Source: Lama glama (Eukaryota). From it: a stretch of 64,000 nucleotides of DNA. The stretch lies in NCBI GenBank assembly GCA_028534125.1, contig CM052816.1, forward strand, positions 85,996,001 to 86,060,000, given 5' to 3'. The notes beneath the pieces are model-generated. The model saw only the letters and a program-made list of their open reading frames with translations, was not told the origin of the DNA and did not search any database. Both the position numbers and the translations under genes were made by a program. Positions within the stretch are counted from its first letter, which is position 1; every line of letters starts with the position of its first letter. Below, piece by piece: positions 11,961-25,544 of the stretch.

Positions 11961-14900
11961 ATTATTAATAAGGACTATCTCAAAACATCATTTTGAAACT
12001 ATTTAGTCATTAGCTCCTATGAGTAAAGTGAGTAAAATTTGAATACACATGGATTTTATTAGAAAAAAAAACACCAAACATGGTAATTTAATTTGTTTTA
12101 TTTAAAATTAATAAAATATTACTTCTCACAACATTGTAAATTAACTATAATTTAATAAAAATTAAAAATTAAAAAATAAATTATTTCTAAGGAAGTAATG
12201 CATTTGTGGAATTAACAAATAGTTTAGTCTTGCTCACTTTTGTAAGTGTGTGTCTGGTTTAAAAAAACAATTGAAGAATAACACTCTATTTCTAATGAAA
12301 TGCTATAATGAGATTTGAACCTGAACAGTACTATACCTCATATATGTATATATATGTATATTACATAATATATTGTACGTAATTTGCCTATAGTAAGAAG
12401 AAGAGATATGTGAACTTTGACACATACTGTAGCTACTGTTCTTGGTGTGCTAAATTCATTTGTTTTCACACGATTCCCTAAGGACAGAGTCGTTTCTTCA
12501 GTTGTCCTCTGGTAGATTCCCATTCAGTGTTTTAGGAAAACTTAGGTTTGTGTTCTTTAAATGTTGGCTGGAATGAATCAGTGGAAGGATAAATTGATTT
12601 GTATCACCTTTAGCATTTTCATTGATTAATAAATGAAATCCAGGGAGATTAATTTTCATAGAGAATACTATTAGAATCTCTGTATTCTTCTCTTTGAGAA
12701 TAGATACAAAGTTTGGGGACCTCTTTTGCCTATTGAAACCAACATAAATTTCTTATTACTTTTAACTCAGTGATTAAACATAAGCAGAATTAGGATCATC
12801 CAGATCATCCTTCTAATCAACCATCTCTAATATAGATCATAATGTCTGTAATAAAACTATCACTATCTTTAAAATGAGTCCATTAGTAACAGTATAAAAA
12901 TATTTTCAGTTCACAAAGTCATTATTTTTTGCTTTGGAACAATTAGTAACTTGTTTAATGTTCTAAAGTGCTTCTTCACTATCCATCATCAAATCACAAT
13001 GTCTTTTGTGGTGGACATCCAAAACATTAAACTTGCCTAGAATATTAATATTTAAAGAGAGAGAATATAACTATTGATTTGTATAGAAATAAAATCAGTA
13101 CTGTGCTATTTCATATAATATCTTGACAATAAATATCAAGACATTGCATTCATTTTTTATTGTTTCCCTTCAACTCCTATTTTAATAGCAGCTTTTTTAT
13201 CAAAGACTTCATTATATTTTTCTAGAGTTTTTAAACTGTTTTGCTCATTAGAAAACTCTTCTAACTGGCTCAGAAGGGACATCACCCCAAGTCCTTGAAG
13301 CTGCTGCATCCTGATAGGTGTAGTTTTGGACTGAGGTGATGATATGTAAATGATGTCTTGTTTCAAAAGTGTCTGCAAAGCATTTTAGACAAAGATAAGC
13401 TTGAAGCTGAAGGTTAAATATGAGATTGAACTGAATAATCTCACCTGAGACTGAAACGCTGACGATAGCGATAGAGAACTAACCTTGGGTTGACCTCGGC
13501 AACCTAGGCAGCCTGCAGGCCTACAATGATCTGAGTAAGTAAGCAGTTAAAGAGAGAAAAGTGTGCTAACAATTTGGCAATGAGCTCTTCAGCAAAATCA
13601 TGTGGAGGAGTGGATCTCACAAAGGAATCCTGAGATATATAGTATCATTCCAAATGTGTTAAACTGCGTGGATAGCTCCTGAATTTGTTTATGGACTAGG
13701 TGATGGAAGTTTTGTGTCATTGCTAGATGAAGGGATGATTGTGCATGTGTGAGTAAATATGCTGTTTTGTGGGATGTCTCTCTGTGTGTTTTATTATTAT
13801 ATAATGTACTCAGATATATAATTTTTAGATAAGGAAAATCTTCTAAAGAGTGAGTAAATGACTACAATAAAATAAGCTAAAATATAAACTATCTTAAGAA
13901 AGTAGAAACACCAAAAAAATAATAATCATAGTAAAAATGTGAAAACTGCTTATCAAATGATGAATAGTATGCAGAACTGGCCATCAAGTTACTTACATTT
14001 ATTTGCATGTGGGAGAGAGTGGCAAACAGACAGTTACAATGTAGATCTGTATGTAATGATATTAGGATGTCATAGGCCAACTGTATTCAGGTAACTCAAA
14101 TGTAGGAACAAGTCTGGAAACAGAAATCCTTCCTGGGTCACTGGTTCTTTTATCTCTGGATCAGGAAGTTCGAAGAAGGCATAATACAGTGTTTCACGAT
14201 TATTTCCAACCTAGCCCATGAGACATGTTTCAGAACCCCTTGAAACAAAGGGAGTGTTATGTAAACAAAAGAAGTATTTCATTATGCTTTAACCATTTAT
14301 GGTGAATCTCTGTCAAAACCTATAGAAGTCTACAGCAGTATTTTTTGGAGATGAAGACATATGCAATATCAGTTGAGGAAATCAGCTGTTCTAAGGGCAG
14401 AATTGGTTAAAAAGAAAACAAAACAGAAGATGTGAAAGAGTGTAAAATCTTTGGGCTTAGGAGGAAGAGGGTGGAAACAAGGGAGGACTAAATTCTCTGT
14501 AACAATAGTCAGATTATGCTCAGAGGAGAAGAATGTGATTGAACTATTAGAATTTCCCAACAGAGTTATGATTTAGAACAGAAATTGATTCCTTGTACCC
14601 ATAGCTAGGTGCATTGAGAGACTTCCTATATCTAACTACATTTCTTCCAAAACATTATAGCTACTTTAAAATTAATTCCCTTTTTCTTGAACATAAGCTA
14701 TGTATGTTTCTTACTGACTGTTGACAGTTTACGGGATTCAAGTTAAATGTGCGGATATTCAGTTTGACCCCCTTTGGGCTTTCACTCTCTGTGTTTCCCT
14801 CTCACGTTGAAATTCCTCTAACTGGAATGTGACAAGTCTCCGGGCCTCTTTTCCAGGGCATTGCTCCTCCTCCCTATCAATCAGGTCTTTATTCGAAGGC

Positions 14901-15050
14901 CCTGGAACCTTTCCTCTGGATCACTTATGACCTTATGTGCTGCTGTAGACTCCCTTCTATCTCACATCCCAAACTTCCTGTTTTATTAAGGTTTTTATGG
15001 TTATTTCTGCCAGAACACATCTATGATCTCATATTCCCTTGTGCATGAAC

Positions 15051-15078
15051 ACGCACACACACACAGACACACACACAC
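15051..15078. repeat. Imperfect (CA)n microsatellite
   Basis: acgcacacacacacagacacacacacac. Confidence 0.85.
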
Positions 15079-15791
15079 GGGTGTAATATCCTTCTACTAT
15101 ATTCATGTGAGTGATACGTTATCACCAAAATGTTAATTAAACTTTCTCTAGTTTCTAGACAGTATTTTTCTTTTATTTGTAAAATAAATTTACTTTTTAG
15201 TTTTCCAAAATTGAAAGTTTTCTTACAGCACGGTAAGATAAACTAACATCGTTAATACAGTCTTTTTCACAATTTGTTAACTATTTATCATTTCTTTCAG
15301 TAACTAAGAAATAATAATTAAAAGTTGGAAAAGCTTCTACTGACAGCAGCTTTCAAACTTCTTGCCCTTAGATGTGACATATCAATATGCATTAATATAC
15401 TTACAAAAAGAAAAGATTTAGAAAAGCTATCTTTAGTTGAAAGTGAGGTAACTGTGTCAAAATGGAAAGAATCTTTAGCATTTTACATATTAAAACAGAA
15501 CACTTTAAATTTGCATTCAAGAGTTTTTTTGACAATTTATGAAAATGCATACTTCTGTCTAGACTTTACTTAATATTGAATGTTTGAATCATGACCTAAA
15601 ATAAACATATAATATAACTGAGAAATAAGAGAGGTATCAAAGTGATCTTGTACAGCATAATGTGATGTTCTATTAGGGGCGCTAACTACTATATCCGTTT
15701 GAAAAAAAAATGTAAGAACACTTCAAAGCTGTAAAATGTGAAACTTGTGATGCAGTTGGAGTGCTAGGTAATATATGTATATTTTCTTAAT

Positions 15792-16205
15792 GGACTTTAT
15801 TCTTTTAGAGCAGTTTCGGATTCACAACAGAATTGAGCAGAAAATACAGAGAGTTCACACATAGCTCTCCCCTGCCCACACATATATAGTCCCTTTCCCT
15901 CATCATCCCTCATCAGTGTGGCATATTTGATACAATTGATGAACCAACATGGGCACGTTATTATCAACCAAAGTCCATAGTTTACATTAGAGTTCACTCT
16001 TGATGTTGTACATTCTGTGGGTTTTGACAAATGAATAATGACAAGTAGCCACCACTATAGTATTATACAGAGTAATTTCATTGCCCTAAAAATCCCTTGT
16101 GCTCCACCTCTTCATTCCTCCCTCCTGCCCTGTCCCCAAACCCTTGGAAACCATGATCTTTTTATTGTTTCTGTAGCTGTGCCTTTTCCAGAATGTCATT
16201 TGGTT
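15792..16205 (-). mobile_element. L1MC1-like LINE-1 3' end
   Basis: gactttattcttttagagcagtttcggattcacaacagaattgagcagaaaatacagagagttc...aagtccatagtttacattagagttcactcttgatgttgtacattct...gccttttccagaatgtcat. Confidence 0.85.
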
Positions 16206-16915
16206 GATAATATATTGGTAATAAGGAAAAATATGAGATGGGCATAGGCAGAAGAGAAAATAAAAACAGCAAAATTTAGAGATTAAAAGTAGGAGCATCA
16301 CTGGGAATGGTTTTCATGTTTGTACGTAAAAGGTTTAGGAATTTAGGAGGAAGGGTAGTTTTGACTGCAGACAGTGGGCGGTAGTGCCAACTTACAACTC
16401 ATTCACAAGGCATGAGAAATAAGTCTTGTATAATTATAGAGATGAGTATGATGTGATCAGAGATATTCTTTTTGAAATTAGTTGTTCACAAACTGAGTGA
16501 CCCCAGAGGTGAAGCACATAAGGAAAACTATAATAATGCAGGGAAGAGGAAATCATCATACAATTAGGAGAGCCAGATTGTGTAGATTTGACTAAACATG
16601 GTTAAAAGTAAATTATCTTTCCCCTGCTTAATTTAAATTATTAAGTGAAGCAGTTACATAAATTGTAACACACATAAATGTATGTGTTCTGGCATCACTT
16701 TTGTATGTAGATTGCTTTCTAGTCAATAGATAAATTACTCAGTTTATTTGTTAAAAAAAATTTTTTTACAATCAGTACATTTTCCAATTTACTTGGGGAA
16801 AAAAGACATTGATGCTATATTGTGGTGTATCTGATGCTAAATAGATATATTTTGAGCAAGAGAATAGCAGCCCCTGACATAGGAGCTCTTCTGAATACTA
16901 ACATGTAGGACTCAG

Positions 16916-17165
16916 TGTTGCAGGGAGCCAGCCTGGCATTCATGGGCACACGTGGTGTTCTCAAAAGTAATCTCCCGGGACTCCAACATCAGACAAGATC
17001 ACTCTGGGATCATGATGAAGGCAGATGGAAAATAAGACTGCATCATAATCTTGACTGACTAGAGACAAATCCAGGTCACTGTGAAAACCTCAAAAATATC
17101 AAACATTCCCCTCTCCCCACGAAAGTGAGTGACTGCTGCTCCTTTACCAACTCCAGTTTTAGCTT
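16916..17165 (+). mobile_element. ERV1-class LTR 5' part (MER67-like)
   Basis: TGTTG start; gacaagatcactctgggatcatgatg...aaacattcccctctcc...gagtgactgctgctcctttaccaa...ttttagc. Confidence 0.6.
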
Positions 17166-20100
17166 TTCTATATTTCATAACGTTGTGTTCTTAGAAATCC
17201 TGTAAATTTTTCTCTGTGGATTTAGACGCAAACAGGTTGTGTCTCAGTGGGGAGGGAGGAAAAGCCAGGACTATACGTTGCACTCTTATTTGTGTCTCTG
17301 AGATAAAGTTTAGAGAGAGAGCTTCTGTTTTCGTGATCTAGCCTCCATTTATCCCCAAACTCATGTATTCCCAGGTTCTTAGTGAAACTAAGTACCTCAA
17401 CCGTAAAAATTACACTTAAGGAAGGAGGCTGGTCAAACAATGATAGAGATAGATGAGTGTGCAGTGTGGTAGGAGAAAAACAAGAAGCCTAAAGTTTTCA
17501 CAAGACAGGTTGGAAAAAGTTCAGTGCACTGTACTTTGTTCCAAGAATTGCTTATTATTCAATTTCTTGGAAGGTATGAAGAATTTTAGGTTGTGATAGT
17601 TATGGCACAGGACGTAGGGGCAGCAAGACAGGGTTCCCTGGAGTCAATCTGAGTTTAGTAAGAGGGGTGGGAAGAACAGTTGAGGGGTGGAAGTCTTGCA
17701 AGAGTCACGGTGGGAGATGTTTAGTCCTTTAGGATCTTCCCCGGTAGATAATTTTCAGGGGTTACATAGCCCACCTGTTCTTATGACTGTTGGTGTCTTG
17801 CCTTTGCTGTTCTCAAGCAGTGCCCTGATGCTATGCCCCAGTTTTTTCTTGGCTTCTTCTTTTTTTTTTTTTAACCTTATGATAAAAACTTTCTAAGGTC
17901 AAAGTAGATAACACAAATGGGCACAGCCATCAAATTATCCAATAATCCATTTCCTATCTGTGGCCATAGCAGACAGTAGTTCTTTGTGATCATTTCCTCC
18001 ACATTGGGACACAACCACGTTCTGTTTTTTTTCAAATCTCTCTCATATTTTTTCTGTTAGCACTAAGTGAAGGCCTCTATTATAGAATCCCCAGAGCCAA
18101 GGTAGGCAGCAGAAGCCAACTGGTGATGCTTCCTTTTCTGGGATGGTCACCTTATCTAAGTTGACATTTTGAGTACATATTTATGGACTCTTTATTCTCT
18201 CTTACTGTTTGTTTCTGTTTCTGTTTTTTTTTTTTTCGTTTTATACAGATTTCGGAAATCACAGAAACTTTAGGAAGAGTGATATTTATTGATTCCTAGG
18301 TCTTTAAAAGTTTGATACATATGTCCTATTTTCCTTTTTTATAATATTGAAAGATTTAAAGACTTCTTTAGCTCCAGTTTGGAAGAGAAGAGAGCATAAT
18401 CTGCACATTCCATAACAGGTTCTCCCCAATTATTTATAGGACTTGTGTTCCATCGTTTCTTATATTCTTTTTTTAATCACCTACCCATTTGAAAAGCTCC
18501 AGTTTCTTTTCAATTTGATTATGTTATTCAATACTCTGGCTAGTATACCTGTATTCACATACTCTCAATCTTTTTCTCATACTTATAAGCATACAGCCAC
18601 AGCCACTCAAGAAAAGTAAAAGAAATCTCTCAGTAATCTGCACAACACTGGAAGTGAATATTAAAGTAAATATACAACATAAATAAATATATATGACTAT
18701 ATGTGATATATGATTGCAAAAATGTAAAAACATACCGTGATTAAGTTTAGTCACATTTTACGTGTAGCCCTATAAATAAATTAAACTAGTTTTACTTTTT
18801 AATCAAATATACACAGTACAAGCAACTCAATTTTTCTAATGTTAACTTGCTGAATGTCAGTAACATAATTTATATTTTACTGTTGTAAGGCTACATACTT
18901 TGATTAGTCAAAGGTGATTTATAAAACAAGGTAGTCATTTACCTCTTGAACGTGTAGTTACAGGAACATGACTCATTTCTAATTTCAGATTCACTATTAT
19001 TTTTCCTTTGTCAATGACTTCCTATTTGTTTCTCAGCAGTGTAAGGTGTTAACTTTAATTTAAAAACTGGTATTGCAGCATAGTTATTCATTTTTTTCTT
19101 ATAGCATCAAAAACCTCTGAAAATTTCCATAAAAATAAACTTTAAAATATAAATTTAAAATATCATTATTTGGGTGTTCATAAGTGTGATTAATGGTAAC
19201 CGTTGGAAAGATTCACAGAAAAGCATAATAATGTCACTTTAATACTTTGATACAAGTTTATTCTATGTATCACATAATTTTTACACATATAAATAGCTTA
19301 ATAAATTATTTTAAGAAATAGGACTGAAATTAATAGAATTAATACCTTAAAATTTTATTAATTAGCTAAAGTCAAATAATCAAAAACAAGAGCTGTGAAC
19401 TCTTATAAGTGCATCATTTTCTATAACAGAGAAAAATAAAACTTTCAAGAAATTAAAGAATTATAAAAATATAAGTAATGTACTTTGTTTAAACGGCTTT
19501 ATAGTTGGACTAGATCAAATTTATTGCGTAGATTTCATAACAGTTAAAAAATTTCTCCAGATTTACTGGTAAAATATTAAATACTAAAATTTGTAACATA
19601 ATATATAATATTTCATTCTATAAGAAAATATGACCTGGCTTCAGGGATAGTTGCTTACAGCTTGGATATTTTATAGTAAACTTTTATATGAAGTAGTAAT
19701 ACCATTTATTTTATTCAAGCAATTAAAATATTATTCCTGGAATATAGTACAGTACCAAATATGTGGAAATCTTATAGTTAAATGGGATCAAATCAGACAG
19801 CAAAGATTTCCCAGACTGTAAAATCTATAAAAACAGGAAGCAACTGATTTAGCTCCTAAGACGTTAATTTACAAATGATTTTTTTTAACAACAACAACAA
19901 CAAAAAGTACTATACAGTACTTTTTTTTATAGGAACAATCTTCTACTGGTCATAATAAAAGTAAGTCTTTTACTGGTATTTGGATTATTCTGTTAGTCAT
20001 TATATATTCATTATCAGATCATATACTTAATAGGAGTCTACTAAGCTTTGTTTTATTTCATGAATTGAAAGGGAATATTTATCAAATGTCCTGAATCATT

Positions 20101-21946
20101 GGTTAAAAATCTGAATAATATGAAGACAATCGAGTCACAATCATTTGGCTTCTATAAAGAGTACCAAATGCGATATTTCCTATTTGATCTGTTTGGAATT
20201 ATTTTGTTGAAAAAATAATTATGTAAGTTCCATATAAAGAGACATTTTACTCTTCTATTTGCAAGAGCAATAACAGATAGCAATACACTAAATTATTCTT
20301 CTATATACATTTCCCATCTGACAATCCTATTTCCATTAAATTAACTAATCATCATCCTGGGGTGAGAATTTCATGCTTCAAATATGGATTGATTAAAGAT
20401 TAGTATTCCTGTAGCTGGTCACCTGCTTCATCATTAGAGTTCAAGGGCTATGGCTGCTCAGATGAATGAACACTGCAGAGAATTCTGAATATTTTAAATG
20501 CATGGTTTGTTTCCCTGCTCTTCATGTGTCTGAAATTGCTCAGTGTGCTTACATAGTCTTTTTTTTTCTTTCTATGTCATTCTCATGTACTATTACTTAG
20601 TACACTTAGAAAAATAATAATAAAACTATTTTAACTGAATTTTAATTTAAAATAAGACCACAAAGTAGAGGCTTACTTTACTTTTACTTTCACAAGTAAA
20701 TACATTTTTGAGAATGTGCTTACTAGTTAGATAACTAAAAAATGTAGCACTCTCATATAGCAGAAAATTATTTTTCTGGAAATTCACTTGAGTAGTCATC
20801 TACTTCCCTTGCCTTCCCATTAACAATAAATACTTAAATCATCTCAGAAAAAAACATATTTCAAAACCTTCAAGAAAGGAAATGCCATGAATAATTTTTT
20901 TAACCTTAGTAGTCCTCCATATGATTATCTTAATGTTTTAATAAATAAAGGTTAAAAATACTTAAAAAAAAACAGATTTGTCAGGAGCTACACTAATATT
21001 TGTTTCTCAATATCCAAATATCCATATTGGATTAAAAGTATCTAAATAGCAGGTGGACATTCTGGTATCTGCTATCTCTTATCTGTATCTGTATCTGGTA
21101 TCTCTTGCTAAGAAGAGAATTCAAGGAACTGAACTAACTCTTTCAAGCCACCAGAGTATTGTTTGACATAAACTAAGTCTACAGACCCCACGGTGTGATA
21201 ATAAAGCAACTATTTCCTGGGAAAGCTCTGCATATCTGTTTGCCTACATAAGTAACTAGGTAGCCCGCAGTGAAGAATTTTGCAGTATAAACTGCCCCAT
21301 TTTTCGAATTATTTTAAAGCGGTAGTTGTTATATAATTATATAGTAGTCATTTAAAACTCAGTAAAACTAAAGAAAACATCAAGTAGTAAATTCTGAGAC
21401 AGACTTAGAATGCCCGTGATCAGGCCCCACTGTGATAAAATTTAAAACGTATAACCTGCAGGAGTGAAAGCACATTATGAAGCATCTGTTGAAATACTTG
21501 ATTAAAAAAATAGAAAAATCGTCAAAAATCATCTTTGATAAGCCTGAAAGTTATTTACACCAAGTTATATTTTATTATTAGTTTCATCTGCAGTAATTGT
21601 GCAATAAAAAAATAATCTCCAAAAGCCCAGATAAACTTTAAATCAGCTTCTAAAACCTAAAGTAGGCAGTTGAATCATGAGGTGATTGGAATTATAGGCA
21701 AAATTCATTTCAAAAAGCAAAACACAGGACTTGAAGTCATACTCATCCATTGTATATGTTATCTCCTATGCTTTTGGGGAGTGAGGGGCATACGTGTGCT
21801 ACATGTAAAAGGAGGTTTTGGCTTCCTTTGAGTGTACACATATGTGACAAAACTGCTTAAAACAATTGAAACCATACCAGGCCCTCAACTCACTCTTCCA
21901 GTTCCCCAAATCTTCAGGAAAATATGTCATGTTTGTGCTGTCGCTT

Positions 21947-22395
21947 TGTATCATGAATTGAACTGTATCTCCCCAAAAAGATGCACTGAATTCCTAACTC
22001 AGAATGTTAGGAAAATAGGATCTTTACAGAGGTAGTCAAGTTAAAATGAGGTCATTAGTCTGGGCCCTAATCCAATAAGACTGGAATTTTAAAAAAGGAG
22101 AATTTGGACACAGAGACAGACATGCAAAGAGGAAAGACAGTGTGAAGACACACACAATGGAGATGGCCATGTGATAGGGGCGATGCCTCTGCAAGTCAAG
22201 GAACCCAAGGATTGCCGACAAACACTGGAGCTGAAAGAAACAAGGAAGGATTCTCCCCTAGAGCCATTAGGGAGACCATGACCCTACTGACACCTCGATT
22301 TTGGGCTCCTAGCCTCCAGAGCTGTGAGAAAATAAGTTTCTGTTATTTTAAGCCACTCACTTTTGAGTGCTTTGTTACAACAGTCCTAGAAAACT
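21947..22395 (+). mobile_element. MaLR solo LTR, MLT1C-like, near full length
   Basis: TGT start; caagttaaaatgaggtcatt...ggccctaatccaat; ggaaggattctcccctagagcc; gcctccagagctgtgagaaaataagtttctgttattttaagccac; tttgttacaacagtcctagaaaact. Confidence 0.9.
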
Positions 22396-24419
22396 TTTTG
22401 TAACCTGTGAATCATATCGTAAATCACTGTGGTAAACGTAGTCCAGTTTTAGAAATATTCACTAAAATGGATTAGCCAGGGATAGTATATAAAAGAAGGA
22501 GTGGTGAAGCAGAAGAAAGAGGAGAAAGAAGAAACAGTTACTGAAACAGCAAAAAGTTTCACAGAAAAACCCTGCAGCACACAAACTTCAGTATTAAAAG
22601 GAATATAATCCAATGAAATGGAGTTAAAAAAATAGTGCCCCAAAAAAGGTGGAAGATAAATTCAGTTGTATTAAAAGAAACGGGGAAATGAGAATGGAAA
22701 CATTGAACTACAGAAATAGCAGCTCGACTCAATACATTTGTATTTAAAATGAAAAACTGTTCACACAGTATTTAAGCTATGGTGAGGGTAGAGAAACAAA
22801 ACATCTTCTTAAGAGTTTGATGACCAAGCTATTCTAATTATAAGTTTAGTAAGAATAGTTTAAATTTCTGGCACTTCAAATTCAGGAAAAACATCTAAAA
22901 ATAATTATACCTCAGCATCTAAAAATAATTATACCTCAGCATACAACATATATGTTGTATATCACTGTTATCCTTTTGAAAACATATTTATTCAGTCTCA
23001 AAAAAGATAGTTACGCAATTTTATTCATGATATAGTTCATGATTATAATTCTTAATATATAGCTTACATATACTTAACATTTATTAAATATAAATAATTA
23101 TTATTCTTATTGAACCTCTAATGTTGTTGCTGCTCTTTTTGTCTTCCCCCATTTATAAGAACCCTCTATTCTTCTCACAAGTGTAGAGTGAAAGCATTAA
23201 GGGTCCAGAAAAGAGTTTTAAAGTCAAGTCATCTTTCTCTTATTCCATCTCTATTTCTCTGTTTATGAATAATTCCTTCTTTGATTACATCTGAAATATT
23301 TAAACTGTGATACTTATATTATTGTCCTATTACTTTATTGAGAAAGAGCTCCCTTTGTGATGTCAGAACATGCCTTTGTGTATGTTATTAGGGAAGTATT
23401 GTTGAACTTCATTGAATAAAGCTCACTTAGCAGCATGCGTGCATGGTGTGAGAAGGACTCCCTCATAGACATTATTTTATTTCAATTATTTTTTTCTTCA
23501 CATATTCATACAGTCCCAATCTCATTGACTTGGATCTAGTATCAGTAAAGTAATACCAGATGAAGTGCATCAAAGTTATTAGATCATCATTTACCTATAT
23601 GTTTATCTTTCAACAGAAATTAGCTAGCATTGGGAAAACGTGCATTTATGTGTAAGCTCTTTTTCACTGAGACAGCTATTCAAGAACAAGTTTTTTTTTA
23701 AGGAAGAAATTAGACCAATGGGATGAGTATTTATTATTTAAGAATAGTATAACTTAATGGTAGAACCTGAGCAGAAAGGGGGTCTCCTAAAATGTCATTA
23801 ACAATAATTTTGAGAAAATTATATGATATAATACATGTAAAAGTTTCATAACAATGTCTATGTTTTTCTTACTACTTTTTGCTCATATTATAGATTTTTA
23901 TAGTGCAAAACAGAACTTGCCATGACATAACTTGTATTTAGGTGAAGAAATATCATAAAGCATCTACCAAATTCATATCTATAATTCAATTACATTTTTT
24001 CATGTAAGTAAAATGTATTATATTGAAATGCAAAAACAGATTATTTCTATTTTGAAACCACAGTGTTTATAATACAAACTAAACATAAGTGAAGAATCCT
24101 GGGACTAAGATCTAGGCAGAGAGAACCTTAGAAAGCAAGATCAACATTTTAAGAGCGTTTCTTTCCAAATTCAAAAGCAGCGACTGAGACACTGAGGAGT
24201 AAACAGATATTCTGGCATATTTATCAGGGAGAAATTATAGGTCAGTTTCCATCAAAGGGGAGGAATCCTGCTAAGCTTCCCGATTTTCAGTTGGAACTCT
24301 GAAAAGGCTACACTGTAGGAATGAATGTAAATTTGAAATACAGCATTGCTTCCCAAATTTTAAACCCAGCTTCTACAGGATAGAATACCTGACTTTGGAC
24401 TGGGATTGCAACTCTAAAT

Positions 24420-24917
24420 CAGTGACTCATACTTCTGTGAATGAGGTTATCTTTTATACTCTTAAACATTACTGAGGACTCCAGAAAGTTTTGCTTATAT
24501 GCGTTATATTTATTGCAATTTATCATATTAGAAAGTACATTGTAACTTTAAAATATAGTTATTAATTTACTTACACATAACTAAGTCTAAAACATGTTGA
24601 TATGAATAACATACTTGATGAAAAAGATATTTTAAAAAAATGTAAATGCGAAGCATCGCATTGTTTAATATTTGTGGAAATAGCTTTAGTATGGTATAAT
24701 AGACCACTAGACTATAATATTTGCTTCTGCATTTGATCTGTTGTGGTATAACATGTCATGTAACTTCAGGAAAATGCCACTGTGTACTCATGAGAGAATG
24801 AGTGTAAAAAAGTTAAATAACTTCTTAGAATTATTGTGAAAATCATTTTAGCCCAGTAGACCTCCTGACAGTTATCTGGATCCCCATAGGTTACTTAACC
24901 ACATTTTAAGACCCCTG
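24420..24917 (-). mobile_element. Charlie1b-like hAT DNA transposon
   Basis: CAG...CTG ends, about 500 bp. Internal tgcttctgcatttgatctgttg...ccactgtgtactcatgagagaatgagtg. Degenerate 8-bp flanks ctctaaat / ctttaact. Confidence 0.75.
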
Positions 24918-24961
24918 CTTTAACTTAATGCCTGATGCTAGTAAGGCATTATTCTCAAAAG

Positions 24962-25170
24962 CAGTGTTTCTCAGATTTTTTTCTTCATTAGCATCCTGCT
25001 AAAGAGCATTTTTTTGATATATTTTTGCTAATCACACTCCCTTCATGAAATTAATGACTAGGGAGATTTTGTTGGATATGGTTGAGCTTTCAAGTGTCAA
25101 AAATCATTGTTTTATCTAAGGGAATTTTTTCACACCTGAAGAGGTGATATTGCCCAGTTTAGACTGTAAG
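24962..25170. mobile_element. Short hAT-Charlie-type MITE, subfamily unresolved
   Basis: Starts CAGTGTTTCTCA (hAT TIR) and ends next to a ctctagag hAT-type target sequence. Confidence 0.5.
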
Positions 25171-25544
25171 CTCTAGAGAAAGTCACTGTCATTCAGAGTC
25201 TCACAACATGTCTTCGTTTTATTTAATTTATAAGATACAATTGGAAGATAGATGATGATGGTGGTAGATGACAGATGACAGAAAATATAGCAAAAGACCC
25301 ACAGTCGACTCATTTAATTATATGATTAGATTTTTATAAGATATGATTTTTAAAGTATAGAGATTAATTTTTTTCGATAATAAAAGACAATATTATGGAC
25401 AGATAAAAGCTATAAAATTAAACAAAAACACTTCCATATGTAGTCATGATTTAAATAATAGTTGTGTTGAAAATAACCAGCAAAGACAAATTTAAAAATA
25501 TGAAAGAAATGATGATAATTTTGTAATTTTAGATTTTAATTTTT

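Noticed and set aside
19902..19928. Rho-independent terminator-like hairpin (aaaaagtact-atac-agtacttttt plus T-run)
   Set aside because: The context is mammalian, the stem is AT-only apart from two pairs, and there is no upstream gene.
22892..22939. CRISPR-like direct repeats
   Set aside because: There are only two abutting copies, no spacers and no cas genes, in eukaryotic DNA.
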